64,000 nt of DNA from Planctomycetota bacterium (GTDB lineage: Bacteria > Planctomycetota > MHYJ01 > WSZJ01): assembly GCA_009773755.1 (NCBI GenBank), contig WSZJ01000030.1:7955-71954 (forward strand), read 5' to 3'. The position numbers and the translations under genes are program-made. Shown here in pieces: positions 9,616 through 19,977 of this stretch. The notes under the pieces were generated by a model that worked only from the letters and a program-made list of their open reading frames with translations, was not told the origin of the DNA and did no database searches. Position 1 is the stretch's first letter; each line of letters opens with the position of its first letter.

Positions 9616-10080
9616 ATGAGGAAGGTGATCGGCGGATTCGCGGCGGGCGTAGTGGCGGTGATGGCGGTGCTGGCGGCGGCGGAGGACAGGAAACCGGCCG
9701 ATCCGGTCAAGCCGCCGGAAGAAGTCTGGCTCGAGGGCGAAGTGATCGACCTGACGAGCTACCTGAAGGATGGGAGCTGCGGCAAGGACCACTGGAAGAT
9801 GGCCAAGGCGCACATCAAGGCGGGGACGCCGGCAGCGCTCAGGACTTTTGACGGCAAGCTGTACGTGATCACGCCCTACAACAACGAAGGGTTCGAGCCG
9901 CTTCAGCGCGGAGGCGAGCAGGTCCGCATGAAGGCCATGGTCTACGAGCGGGACGGCGTGAAGTGCGCTGTGGCGAAGGACGTGAAGAAGCTGCCTCCGG
10001 ACTACAAGCCGGGCGACGATGGCGGCGACCGCGGCCACAACGGCGGCGGCGGCGGCGGCGCGAAAATGGGCGGCAAGTAG
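9616..10080 (+). CDS. secreted hypothetical protein with Gly-rich tail
   Basis: Signal peptide MRKVIGGFAAGVVAVMAVLAAA. Same strand, 11 nt after the anti-sigma gene. Confidence 0.6.
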   Translation: MRKVIGGFAAGVVAVMAVLAAAEDRKPADPVKPPEEVWLEGEVIDLTSYLKDGSCGKDHWKMAKAHIKAGTPAALRTFDGKLYVITPYNNEGFEPLQRGGEQVRMKAMVYERDGVKCAVAKDVKKLPPDYKPGDDGGDRGHNGGGGGGAKMGGK

Positions 10081-10137
10081 CGAATCGGCGGAAGGCCCGG
10101 GCCGGATAGAATCGACCCGGACTTTCGCGTGAATACC

Positions 10138-10650
10138 ATGAACAACAACTTCCTTAGAATGGCCCTGAGCGCCGCGCTGGCGGCGGCCGCGTTCGCTTCG
10201 TGGGCGCCTCCGTCGCGCGCCGACGACAAGAAAGAGGAAGAACGGAAGAAGAAGACGGAGAAGGACCGGGAAGAAGAAGCGAAGAAGAAGAAGGAAGAAC
10301 AGGCGAAGAAGGGTGAGGAAGAGGCGCGCAGGAAGAAGGACGCTGAGGAAGGGTGGGACAAGAAGGACGGTGAGAATCTCGGCTGGCCCGAGCCGCCTGA
10401 CATGGATGAGATGTTCGAGGCAGCGAAGGGTCACGGCGGCGCGGGGCTCGGGCTGGGCGGGGGCGCCGACGAGGAGCCGAAGCCGGGCGTGGGCGGGTAC
10501 CGCAAGCCGCCATCGGACGAAGAGGCTGAAGCCGCGGCGGCGGCCGGCGGAGCGTTCGGCGAGGGCGCGAAAGACGCGGGCGCCAGGGACGAAAAGAAGG
10601 ACGAAAAGAAAGACGGCGAGAAAGGCGAGCACAAGGACGGCAACAAATGA
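10138..10650 (+). CDS. secreted low-complexity Lys/Glu-rich protein
   Basis: ATG 10138 (GTG 10129 is possible). Signal peptide LRMALSAALAAAAFASWA, then a KKEEERKKKTEKDREEEAKKKKEEQAKKGEEE tract. Confidence 0.5.
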   Translation: MNNNFLRMALSAALAAAAFASWAPPSRADDKKEEERKKKTEKDREEEAKKKKEEQAKKGEEEARRKKDAEEGWDKKDGENLGWPEPPDMDEMFEAAKGHGGAGLGLGGGADEEPKPGVGGYRKPPSDEEAEAAAAAGGAFGEGAKDAGARDEKKDEKKDGEKGEHKDGNK

Positions 10651-11612
10651 GGCGCTTCCTCGTCCCCGTCCTCCTTGCGCTGATCCAGGCGCTGGCGGTG
10701 CGGGCGGGAGAGGAGACGAATCGCGCCGGGGGCGGCTCGGCGGAGGAGTTGCGCGCAGTGCTCGAGCTCGACTCAATTCAGGCGGGGCGCGTGCAGACGC
10801 TGTACCGCGACGCCGACGGCGAGCTGCAGCAGTTGCGGACAGGCGCGCGGCAGCGCAACGGCGCGGTCACCATCGAACAGCTCGTCGGCTGGCAAACCGG
10901 GCTGCGCCAGCGAGTCAAGGACGTCCTTCATCCGAACCAGCTCTCGCTTTACGAGGCGTGGCTCGAAAAGAAGCGCCGGCTCGGCGAGGAATACGACAAG
11001 TCGCTCTTCGGCGTCCCCAACGCCACCGAACTCAAGCTGAAGCTTGGATTCGCGCCGGACACGCTGGAGAAGGTGCACGGGATCGCGGACCAGGCGGTCG
11101 TGGACATTCGCAGGAAAATGTCGGAAATGCGCGCGGCAGGGCAATCGGTTTCGTCGATCGGCGACGCGGTGAACGAGCTGCGGAAAGAGGCCGTGAAGAA
11201 GATGGGCGAGGCCGCGTCCTCGGCGGAGAAACGGAAGTTCACCGACTACCTGAAGACCTGGGTGAGGATCCCTGCGGAGAAACTTTCCCGACCCGAGGGG
11301 GACCGGCTGGACCGGATCATGAAGCAGCTCGAGCTGGCCGACGGCGCGGTGACCGACCGGATTCAGTCCCTCGTTTCAGCCGTGCTCTGGCACCAGGAAG
11401 AGAACGCGACGCTGCGCCGCGGGCTGGGAAAGGAGCTGCTGATGACGCTCCTCCAGAAACGCCCCGAATCGGAAGTCTGGACGGCGATTTACGAGTACGG
11501 GACTCTCTTCGACATTCACAACCGGCGCATCAAGGCGCTGCGCGAAGACCTGAAAGCGCTGTTGCCGACGAAGCAGATCGCGAAGCTGGTGGCCGAGGGC
11601 GTGCTCGAGTAG
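10647..11612 (+). CDS. secreted hypothetical protein
   Basis: ATGA overlap with the previous gene. Signal peptide MRRFLVPVLLALIQALAVRA. Helical, no family recognised. Confidence 0.6.
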   Translation: MRRFLVPVLLALIQALAVRAGEETNRAGGGSAEELRAVLELDSIQAGRVQTLYRDADGELQQLRTGARQRNGAVTIEQLVGWQTGLRQRVKDVLHPNQLSLYEAWLEKKRRLGEEYDKSLFGVPNATELKLKLGFAPDTLEKVHGIADQAVVDIRRKMSEMRAAGQSVSSIGDAVNELRKEAVKKMGEAASSAEKRKFTDYLKTWVRIPAEKLSRPEGDRLDRIMKQLELADGAVTDRIQSLVSAVLWHQEENATLRRGLGKELLMTLLQKRPESEVWTAIYEYGTLFDIHNRRIKALREDLKALLPTKQIAKLVAEGVLE

Positions 11613-11665
11613 CGCCCACCCTTCCGCTTTGCGCCCTGCCCCGCGGCGGCTAGAATCGTCAGCTC

Positions 11666-13963
11666 ATGGATCAGGTCGCCCCCCCCCTCCCGCAGGACTT
11701 CGGCGTCACCCACGGGCTGGACTTCGCCCGGTGGATCACCGAGATCGCGAACCTCCTGAAAAAGGCGGACGCTTCCGATCCCACGGTGCAGGTGGCGTTC
11801 CTGGAGATCGCGAAGTCGCTGGAGCGGCTGCGGCGCTACAAGAAGCCGATGATACTTGGGACGTACAAGACATATCTGACGGTGAACGAGTCGGTCGTGA
11901 CGTCTTTCCCGACCGCGGAAATCGTCGCGGCTCCGATGGTGCGTCTCATGGATGCCGCGGGGATCTGGTCGATCGGCGTGGACCACCGGATCGACATCGC
12001 CAACGTCGAAATGCTCGCGACGATGCTCGCGCGACCGGAGGAAGAACGGCCCGACCCGGCCTCCATGAAGTACATCACCATCAATCCCGTGAAATACATC
12101 GTCGTCTTCGCGGGCGAACAGGTCGTCGAGCCTGAAGTCGGGATGCCTACGCCCGACGAAGGCATGGCCGTCGGCGGCTCGCAGGTGGACAAGGAACTGT
12201 TCCACCAGGAAGCCGACGTCAACAACGCCCTCGACGACGCCTTCTCGGGCTGGGGTGGCGAGCAGTCCGACCCGCTCAAGGTCGCCAGCCGCGAAATGGC
12301 GCGCAAGATCGAAAGCGTCCTCCCTTCGCTTGAAAAACTCGCCTCCCTCGACAAGAAGGCTCCCGGAGATTTCCTCCGCGGTTACTTCGAAAGAGATTTC
12401 GGCGACCTCGTCCGAGGCAAGCCGGCGGAAGAATTCCTTACCGCACTCGGGCACGTCCTGCGCGCCCTTCCACCGGAAGTCCAGACGAAGATATTCCAGC
12501 ACTCGTTCAAGAAGTGCGAGCGCGACGATTGTGTCGAGGCCCTGCGCGGCACGTCGCCTGATTTCCGCATGAACTTCCTGCTCGAGCGCATGAAAGGGAT
12601 GGCCGCGTTCAAGGAAGTCCGGGATCTCGCTTCGCTCGTGGTCGCGCCGGGCGGGGAAGTGCTGATGGTCGAGCACATCGCGAAAAAACTGCTCACACCA
12701 GATCTCGCCCCGGACGACCGGGCCAACCTCCAGAAGATGCTCAACGTTTTCGGCTTCGACCCCTCGCGCTCCGAGCGCCGCCGCATCGTCCTCTTCATCG
12801 GCCAGGCCGGCAGCGACTACGACAACATCAACAAGCTTCTGACGAAGCGCGGGTACGGCGTGTTCCTGTGGGACGGGACGGACGCGACCTCGGGGGACGG
12901 CGGGCAGGAACTTCAGCCGGACATCGCGATCGTCGACGCGCCGAACGCGGGAGAAGCGGGGCTGGCGCAGCTCAAGAAGGTCGCGGCGGCGAGCCAGAAG
13001 ACGGCGATCATCGTTTTCAACGAGGGCGCCGTCGATATGACGCCCTTCTATGAGCTCGGCGTCAGCCGCACAACCGTCCTCCAGAAGCCGGTTCCTTCCG
13101 ACATCCTGCTGTCGTTCTTCGAGGACCGCAAAGCCCACACGAAGGTCCCGGCCGTCAAGGCCCCCGGACAGGCCATGCGCGAGAGCACTTCCAAGTACAT
13201 GAAAGCCGACCTGGCGCGCGCGCGCGAAATCCAGGAGAGGCTCATCCCGAAGGACATCCCGAACGTCGCGGGCGCCGAGATCGCGGTCGCCTACCGGCCG
13301 TGCAACGAGGTCGGCGGCGACTACCTCGACCTGTTCTGGACCGCCCCCGGCAAGCTCGGCTTCGTGATCGCGGACGTTTCCGGCAAGGGCGTCGCGGCCG
13401 CCATGGTGATGGTGATGGTGCGAAGCGTCTTCCGCAGCGTCGCCGCGGGCGCCGGGACGGCGAAGGAGACGATGATCCAGGTGAACCGGATGCTGGCGCG
13501 GGATGTGAAGAAGGGGATTTTCGTCTCGGCGCTTTACGGCATCTACGACGTCGACTCCCAGAGAGTCGCGATCGTCAACGGCGGCCACAACCCTCCGGTC
13601 CTGTGGCGCAACGAAGCGGGCACGGGCGAGTACGTCAACGTCACCGGCATGGCGCTGGGCCTGACGGAGCGCCCCGCATTCGACAACTCGATCAAGGAAC
13701 TCGTCCTGGAGCTCGCGCCGGGCGACAAGCTGCTGAATTACACCGACGGCGTCACCGAGGCCTTCGCTGCCGACGGCGACATGTACGGCGAGGACCGGCT
13801 CCTCGAGATTTTCAAGCAGCAGGGCAAGAACGCCGCCCAGCCGCTCATCGACGCCGTCATGCTCGACATCGACAAGTTCGTCGGCAAGGCCCCCCGGAGC
13901 GACGATACGACGATGCTCGTCATCGGGCGGCCCGTGGGGAGCCTGATCGACGCGGTGGGGTAG
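11666..13963 (+). CDS. SpoIIE/RsbU-type PP2C serine phosphatase with central receiver-like domain
   Basis: The C-terminus (ARAREIQERLIPKD...VGGDYLDLF...FVIADVSGKGVAAAMVM...GGHNPP...YTDGVTEA...DDTTMLVIG) is the SpoIIE pattern. Residues around RRRIVLFIG...PDIAIVDAPN...LQKPV resemble a degenerate REC domain. Confidence 0.8.
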   Translation: MDQVAPPLPQDFGVTHGLDFARWITEIANLLKKADASDPTVQVAFLEIAKSLERLRRYKKPMILGTYKTYLTVNESVVTSFPTAEIVAAPMVRLMDAAGIWSIGVDHRIDIANVEMLATMLARPEEERPDPASMKYITINPVKYIVVFAGEQVVEPEVGMPTPDEGMAVGGSQVDKELFHQEADVNNALDDAFSGWGGEQSDPLKVASREMARKIESVLPSLEKLASLDKKAPGDFLRGYFERDFGDLVRGKPAEEFLTALGHVLRALPPEVQTKIFQHSFKKCERDDCVEALRGTSPDFRMNFLLERMKGMAAFKEVRDLASLVVAPGGEVLMVEHIAKKLLTPDLAPDDRANLQKMLNVFGFDPSRSERRRIVLFIGQAGSDYDNINKLLTKRGYGVFLWDGTDATSGDGGQELQPDIAIVDAPNAGEAGLAQLKKVAAASQKTAIIVFNEGAVDMTPFYELGVSRTTVLQKPVPSDILLSFFEDRKAHTKVPAVKAPGQAMRESTSKYMKADLARAREIQERLIPKDIPNVAGAEIAVAYRPCNEVGGDYLDLFWTAPGKLGFVIADVSGKGVAAAMVMVMVRSVFRSVAAGAGTAKETMIQVNRMLARDVKKGIFVSALYGIYDVDSQRVAIVNGGHNPPVLWRNEAGTGEYVNVTGMALGLTERPAFDNSIKELVLELAPGDKLLNYTDGVTEAFAADGDMYGEDRLLEIFKQQGKNAAQPLIDAVMLDIDKFVGKAPRSDDTTMLVIGRPVGSLIDAVG

Positions 13964-13992
13964 TCCGGAGTTCTCCGAACAGGGAGGCGCCA

Positions 13993-14988
13993 ATCTGCCG
14001 CTTTGCCCTTCGACTCGCCTGCTTTGCCTTCGCGGCCCGCGCCGCCTCCGCCGAGAGCATCGATTGGATCGAGAACGACCCCGAACTGGCGATGTCCCGC
14101 GCGAAGGCTGGCGGGAAGTACGTTCATGCCTTCTTTCACGCCGGCTGGTCGTCCTGGAGCCGCGACATTGAAGCGGACGTCTACGGCGACAAGGCTGTGA
14201 TGGAATTCCTGTCGGAGGACTTCGTCAATCTCCGGATCGACGTCGAAAACCAGTCCGCGCGGTCCGCGCTGAACGGGGACGTGCAGGACGCGCCCGTTGT
14301 CTGGATTCTGGACCCCGAAGCCTCTCCGAAAGACCGCCTGCTCGTTCAGATTGGCCAGTATTGTCTGGCACCGGATTTCATCAGCCGGCTCAAGCGGGTG
14401 AAGCCGGAACATGAGCGGCTGAAGAAGGCGCGAGTCGCGTTTTCCGAGAGGCGCGAAGATCCGGCCGTCTGCGTCGAGCTGGGACTTGCCGCTCTCAATT
14501 TCGACAGAATGGGCGAAGCGGAGCCCTGTCTGGAATTCGCTCTTCGGTGTCAGGCTGACAGGTCCTCGCCCGTCGCGCTCGACGCAATGTGGGGCCTCGC
14601 GGTAATCAACTCCGGCAACCGGCCTCGTGAATCCAGGGTCATGCTCGACAGGTTGTTGATTGCGGACTCTGGAAACCGCGGCGGGCGTGCAGACAATGCG
14701 CTTCTGTTGAAGTTGCGACTGACGACCGACCTGTCGACCGCCGAAGTCCGGAGCGCTCTTCAGAATATCGTTGAAAGATACCCGGGCACTGACGGTGCCT
14801 TCGAAGCCATGTTCCTGCTGGCGGCGTCCTTCGCGAATCGAGACGGAGAATTCGCCATGGCTCGACATTGGCTGGAGCGCCTCGCGAAAGAAACGCCGGA
14901 CGGAGTATGGGCACCGCGCGTCAAACTGGCGCTGGGCGTGCTCGAGCGAAATGAACAGGGAGCTGCGGCGGGCGAAAGGAAGCGCTGA
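13993..14988 (+). CDS. thioredoxin-fold (redox-inactive, WSSWS instead of WCxxC) plus TPR protein; start uncertain
   Basis: GKYVHAFFHAGWSSWSRDIEADVY...FVNLRIDVEN is Thioredoxin_7-like, followed by TPR-like helices. The first ATG is 14092. However, GGAGG (13983-13987) sits 5 nt before an in-frame ATC (13993) that opens a signal peptide, (I/M)CRFALRLACFAFAARAASA. Confidence 0.55.
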   Translation: MCRFALRLACFAFAARAASAESIDWIENDPELAMSRAKAGGKYVHAFFHAGWSSWSRDIEADVYGDKAVMEFLSEDFVNLRIDVENQSARSALNGDVQDAPVVWILDPEASPKDRLLVQIGQYCLAPDFISRLKRVKPEHERLKKARVAFSERREDPAVCVELGLAALNFDRMGEAEPCLEFALRCQADRSSPVALDAMWGLAVINSGNRPRESRVMLDRLLIADSGNRGGRADNALLLKLRLTTDLSTAEVRSALQNIVERYPGTDGAFEAMFLLAASFANRDGEFAMARHWLERLAKETPDGVWAPRVKLALGVLERNEQGAAAGERKR

Positions 14989-14994
14989 CCTCCC

Positions 14995-17900
14995 ATGTCC
15001 AGTCCGCCGGAATCAGTGCTGGCCCTCGGCGATTCCGAGGAATTCGTCAAGCGCTCGCTGGGCGCGCTCGAGGGTCGATTCCGCGAACTGGCCCTGCGAT
15101 CCCTTGCATCCTGGGACGGGGTCGGAGTCGTCTCCGTTGAACTGTTCGCCGCAGTTGCGGCGTTGCAGCGGCCTTCCTGGGGATCCTGGAACGGCCTCCT
15201 TACGGCGCTTCGGAGCGCACGAATCAACGTCCTCCGGGGGCGAAGCATCGGCGAGCGAGAACGGGCAGGGGGAGCGACGCGCCTGGCGGAGGTATTGGCC
15301 CGACTCGACGAACCGGCCGGCCTGGATGTGCGAGGACTGTCGGAGATCCTTCGCGTACCTCTCCCTCGCGCCAAGGTCGGGGACGTGCTGGCGCTTCCGA
15401 TCGTGCTCCGAAACCGCGTGGTGCACGACATGCCTGCGGACGCCGCGTGGTGGAAGCGTGCGGCGGAAGCTCTTCGGCCCCTGGTAGCGTGGCAACTCGA
15501 GTCTGCGGACCTGAGGTATGAAGGAGACGCGAGCCCGTGGGTCGTGGCTGAGGGAGGCGAGACCTGGGCATTTAACGGTCTCGGTGCCGACTTCGCCGCG
15601 ACATACGTTTCGAGAACCGGGACGGTCCGGCATGACGAAGAGCGAGGCCGCGCGATTCTGCAGGCGTGCAAGCGGCTGATGGGGAAAGAAGAGGTCCAGG
15701 AGACGGATTTCAGGCGGCTGATGACGAAGCTGGCGCCGGAGGATCTCAAGGGCGTGATGATGGGAGACTTTCTTGTCGGAAGACCTGTCGGAAGCGGCGG
15801 GTTCGCCGAGGTGCATTCGGGTCGGCAGCTTTCCACCGGGCGACGAGTCGCGGTCAAGATCCTCCACGACGGCACGGACGAAGGAGCCCGCGCCCGGTTC
15901 CAGCAGGAGGCCGCGTATCTCGCCCGATTCGATCACCCCAACATCGTGAAAGTGCTGGGATTCGGGGAGGAGAGCTGGACAGCGCCCAGGGCATTCAGCC
16001 TTTCTTCGGAGGACTGGTTCGTCAAGTTCTCGCGAGGCGCGGCTGTCCGATCGTTCATTGCGCTGGAGTGGGTCGAGGGGAAGACCCTGGAGGAAGTATT
16101 CCGAAGCGGGCGCCCCAGGATCAAGTCGGCGACCAGCTGGTTTCTCCAGGCCGCGGAGGCGCTCACGGTCGTTCACGCGTTAGGCCTGATTCATCGGGAC
16201 GTGAAGCCAGGAAATCTGATGGTGACGGACGCCGGGTTGATCAAGCTCATGGATTTCGGAATCGCGCGAAGCCAGGGCGAGGTGCGGACGCTGATGACCA
16301 CGGCAGGCGCGTCGCCCGGCACTCCGGCCTACATGAGTCCCGAGCAGATACGGGCCCGAGACCAGAAAGAGGAGCTGGGCCCCGCGACCGACGTGTATTC
16401 CCTTTGCGCTACTTTTTACGAACTCATGAGCGGGAGGAGGCTCTTCGACCACGACCGGGAAAGCGAGGACATGGTCAAGACACGCAAAGTCCGCGGCGAC
16501 CTTCCGCCCAGTCCCAGGCTTCTTGCCCCGAAACTGCCCTGGGAACTGGAGACGATCATTCTTGGCGGCCTCCAGAAGGAAACGGGCGACCGCTACCGGA
16601 CGATGGAAGGTCTGAAGCGCGACATCCAGCACTACATGCGCTACGAGCCCATTGAGTATCGAAAGCCGTCTCTGGCAAGAAGGGCGGCTCTTGCCTGGCT
16701 CAGGAACCGGGAGAAGTACCGTCCTGTCTTCCCGCTGGCTCGAGCCCTGGCGGCCGTTCTCGTCGTCGTTGCGGCCACCCTGTTCGGCCTTGGAATGTGG
16801 AAGAAAGTCCGGAACGCGAGCGCTGTGACAAGGAACATTCGCGATGCGGCGCAGCGGGGCGCCGACGCGCGGGCGAAAGGCGACTCTCCCAACGCCAGCG
16901 CAGCCTTTGCCGAAGCGTACGCCCTCGCCGTTCTGTCCGGGAATCCGGAGGATCGCGAGGCCGGCGTGAATGCGCTACTCGAGCTCGCAAAGGAAAAAGA
17001 ATCCGTGAAGGACTGGCGGCACGCCAGAGGCGCCTACCGAACACTTCTGGCGCAATTCCCGGATTCGAACCGGGAGGAAGCCGCCCGTTACGGTCTGGCG
17101 AGAAGCGAAGAAGGCCTGGGGCGGGCTGAAGCGGCCTACGAGGGATTCAAGGACGTGCTTCGCAGGGGCAAAGGGAACGCGGAAATGCTGGAAGCGTCTC
17201 GCCGGTCCCGCGACGTTTACGCAGCTCTCTTCCCCGTGACGGATTTTGAGATTCCGGAAGGGCACTACGCCGTCGGTGAACTCGATGATCTACCAGGGCC
17301 CGAAATCGCTATCTGCGGAGCGGATGCGACCATCACCGTTCTTACGCTGCGAAACGGGGCCCTGACCACGCTGTTTTCCGGAAACAATGACCCAGGGCAG
17401 AGCGGCGTGCAAGGGCGCGTCTGGATCGAAGATGTGGACGGCGACCGTAAGAACGAAATTCTCGCAGCCTGGGGGGCTGGGTCAGAAGAGCGAGGTGGCC
17501 TGAACATCTGGCGCCTGGGAGCCGCAAATCTCCGGATGACTGCCTTTCTCGATCTCAAGACGCGGGAAGCGGCGCTTCGCGTGGACGACCTGGACAGTGA
17601 CGGCCGCCCCGAGGTGATTGTCGGCATCGGATACTTCGCGCGGCGTGTCCGCATCTTCCACGTTGACCGAGCGGACGGCGCGGATGCTCATCCGGGCGAC
17701 ACGGTTTCCATCGTGGGGGATTATGTCCCCGACACTTCCTCGGCGACCTTGAGGCAATCGGTGCGAAACGTTTCGCAGGTGATTCCCACGCGATTCGGTG
17801 CCGGGCCCTATACCTTCGGTAGCGACGGGTTTTTCGTCGCCACCGGCGAATACGGCCCCGATCCTGGCTTGGAGATATTTGCGGTCTTCGGCGGGTGGTC

Positions 17901-19845
17901 CTGCTACCAGGGGATGGTCCTTCGATGGGACCCTGCGAGCCGTGACCTGCGGGAGGTCGCCCAGGCCCCGTGGCGGGTCCACGCTCCCTGGTGTTGCATG
18001 CTTCCCGGAGGCACTCTTGTCCTCGCAAACTTCATTCACCCCGACCACGCCAGCTCTTTGCAGCTGTCGACGAGGTTTCAGCCGGGCGAGTTGATGGAAA
18101 ACGGGCTGTACCTGGTGGAAGCGCCCGCGAACGGGCGCATCGCCAACCTGCGCCTTCGCAGCGCGCTCGGCAACGACATCGATGTCTTGAGCGTCACTTG
18201 GGCCCGGCTGGGAGGCAAGCTGCATGTGGTGGTCTCGCTGAAGCCTGCACCTGGCTTTCGGGGAGAGCCGCGCATCGTCATTTACCCGCTCGATGAAAGC
18301 GACCTGACTCGACCGATTGAAGCGCCCGGCGAGACTCAGCTGAGTTCGTACGACCTGGACGGCGACGGGGAAAGCGAGCTCCTTTCGCGATGGACGTGCT
18401 ATGGCGGCCATAGGCTCCGCGTCCGAGGCTACGGGCAGGCCCCGACGACCGCCCACTCCGACACTCCCGTCGGCCACGCGGATCTCGAAACCAGCCTCGC
18501 TCGCGGCCTGCCCGAGGCCGGGCAGGCCGAAGAAGCGCTGGTCAAATTCAGGGAAGACCAAGATCACCTCGGAGCAGGCCAGGCGCTGATGGAATTGGCG
18601 GACATGGCGGGCAATCAACGCGACAAAGAAGGCCGACTGCGGAGCGCCGCAGACGAATTTCAGAGGGAGAACAAAGACAGAACGCGCGCGCTCTGGCGCG
18701 CCCTGGAGTGCCGGCTTGAAGGGCGAGACTGGGCTGGCGTTTCAGGAACGACCGACATGCTTGGAGATCGCATGGACCTGGATCCGCTCGATCGCTCAAG
18801 ACTGTCGGAGATGCGTGGGCGGATTCGCGAGATGAGGTCCTGGATCCGACATCGGACTGAACCTCGTCGCCGCGAGCACTCCATGAATCTCGACCAGTTG
18901 CCCGTCTGGAGCGCCGAAAACCCCTTCCTGTGCCGCAAAGCCGACGACAGTCTCGAGTTGCTGGTCCTCCATGAAGACAGCCGGGGCGCGGGGATCCCGC
19001 TCCTCTACACCGGCGGACCTCTGCTGCTGGAATGGGAAATGCGCCTCACCCGCAACGCATTCCCAACCCCCGTCGAAATCGGCCTCGCGGGACCCGATTC
19101 GCTCTTCGCAGGGTTCTCCGAAAGCGGCAGCGAGCAGAAACCGAGAACCCTCTGGAGTCTCAGCTGGCATGCCGGGCCGCTTCCGGGCGGGAGCTCGTTC
19201 ATGGAGCCCGACCGGTTCAAGCCCGAAGTCGGCGACTGGTTTTCCGTGGCCATTGAATATGTGCCCTGGATGCGGCGCGCCTGGATGGAGTGCGAACGCA
19301 AGGAGGACCACCAGTTTTATGGAACCAGCGTCCTGATGGATTCACCGCTGAGGCCGGGCTCCTATGTGTTCGGATTGAAGGGGCGGAACGAAAGGAGGCC
19401 GGGCGCAACCTACTCATCCGTCCAGATCCGGAATTTCCGCATCGCCTCTTCCGACGATGGAACGAAATTTCAAACGGAGCCGTCGGCACAGACGGCCGAA
19501 TGGAGAGTGCGCTTCGCGGAGGCCAACGGGCTGCTCGCCCAGGGAAGCGGGCCTCAGGCTGACGGCGGCTTGCTCATGCAGAAGCGCGCGCAGGAGGCGA
19601 TCCTGCGGTACGACGAGCTTCTGGCAGAGATTGCGGCCCCGCGACCGCGCACTCAGGAAATGGACTTGCGCGAATTCGCCGTGAGGTTTTTCAGAGCCGT
19701 CGCTCTCGCGCGAACGGGATTCCGGGACGAGGCACGCTCTCTGCTCGTCGCGCTCGAAGAGTCGAATGCGGACGAATTTCCGGTGCTCCGCGCAGAAAGC
19801 GAGATCGGCATGAGCGCGGAGGACCTCGAACTGCTGGGAAGATGA
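14995..19845 (+). CDS. giant membrane Ser/Thr protein kinase with TPR and FG-GAP/VCBS-like propeller regions
   Basis: Kinase motifs VGSGGFAEV...VAVKIL...HRDVKPGNLMV...DFGIARS...GTPAYMSPE. TM segment ALAAVLVVVAATLFGLGMW. DVDGDRKNEIL / DLDSDGRPEVIV / DLDGDGESELL FG-GAP-like repeats. Confidence 0.85.
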   Translation: MSSPPESVLALGDSEEFVKRSLGALEGRFRELALRSLASWDGVGVVSVELFAAVAALQRPSWGSWNGLLTALRSARINVLRGRSIGERERAGGATRLAEVLARLDEPAGLDVRGLSEILRVPLPRAKVGDVLALPIVLRNRVVHDMPADAAWWKRAAEALRPLVAWQLESADLRYEGDASPWVVAEGGETWAFNGLGADFAATYVSRTGTVRHDEERGRAILQACKRLMGKEEVQETDFRRLMTKLAPEDLKGVMMGDFLVGRPVGSGGFAEVHSGRQLSTGRRVAVKILHDGTDEGARARFQQEAAYLARFDHPNIVKVLGFGEESWTAPRAFSLSSEDWFVKFSRGAAVRSFIALEWVEGKTLEEVFRSGRPRIKSATSWFLQAAEALTVVHALGLIHRDVKPGNLMVTDAGLIKLMDFGIARSQGEVRTLMTTAGASPGTPAYMSPEQIRARDQKEELGPATDVYSLCATFYELMSGRRLFDHDRESEDMVKTRKVRGDLPPSPRLLAPKLPWELETIILGGLQKETGDRYRTMEGLKRDIQHYMRYEPIEYRKPSLARRAALAWLRNREKYRPVFPLARALAAVLVVVAATLFGLGMWKKVRNASAVTRNIRDAAQRGADARAKGDSPNASAAFAEAYALAVLSGNPEDREAGVNALLELAKEKESVKDWRHARGAYRTLLAQFPDSNREEAARYGLARSEEGLGRAEAAYEGFKDVLRRGKGNAEMLEASRRSRDVYAALFPVTDFEIPEGHYAVGELDDLPGPEIAICGADATITVLTLRNGALTTLFSGNNDPGQSGVQGRVWIEDVDGDRKNEILAAWGAGSEERGGLNIWRLGAANLRMTAFLDLKTREAALRVDDLDSDGRPEVIVGIGYFARRVRIFHVDRADGADAHPGDTVSIVGDYVPDTSSATLRQSVRNVSQVIPTRFGAGPYTFGSDGFFVATGEYGPDPGLEIFAVFGGWSCYQGMVLRWDPASRDLREVAQAPWRVHAPWCCMLPGGTLVLANFIHPDHASSLQLSTRFQPGELMENGLYLVEAPANGRIANLRLRSALGNDIDVLSVTWARLGGKLHVVVSLKPAPGFRGEPRIVIYPLDESDLTRPIEAPGETQLSSYDLDGDGESELLSRWTCYGGHRLRVRGYGQAPTTAHSDTPVGHADLETSLARGLPEAGQAEEALVKFREDQDHLGAGQALMELADMAGNQRDKEGRLRSAADEFQRENKDRTRALWRALECRLEGRDWAGVSGTTDMLGDRMDLDPLDRSRLSEMRGRIREMRSWIRHRTEPRRREHSMNLDQLPVWSAENPFLCRKADDSLELLVLHEDSRGAGIPLLYTGGPLLLEWEMRLTRNAFPTPVEIGLAGPDSLFAGFSESGSEQKPRTLWSLSWHAGPLPGGSSFMEPDRFKPEVGDWFSVAIEYVPWMRRAWMECERKEDHQFYGTSVLMDSPLRPGSYVFGLKGRNERRPGATYSSVQIRNFRIASSDDGTKFQTEPSAQTAEWRVRFAEANGLLAQGSGPQADGGLLMQKRAQEAILRYDELLAEIAAPRPRTQEMDLREFAVRFFRAVALARTGFRDEARSLLVALEESNADEFPVLRAESEIGMSAEDLELLGR

Positions 19846-19977
19846 GGGTCGTCCTGCCTGTTCGCTGGCGTCAACCTCTCTCCGCACTTCCGTCTCGTCA
19901 GGCAAGGCGGTAAGACAAGACATTTCCCCGTCGCAGCATAGAATCCCCGGCCTTCCCAGCGAGAGGACTTACTCCCC

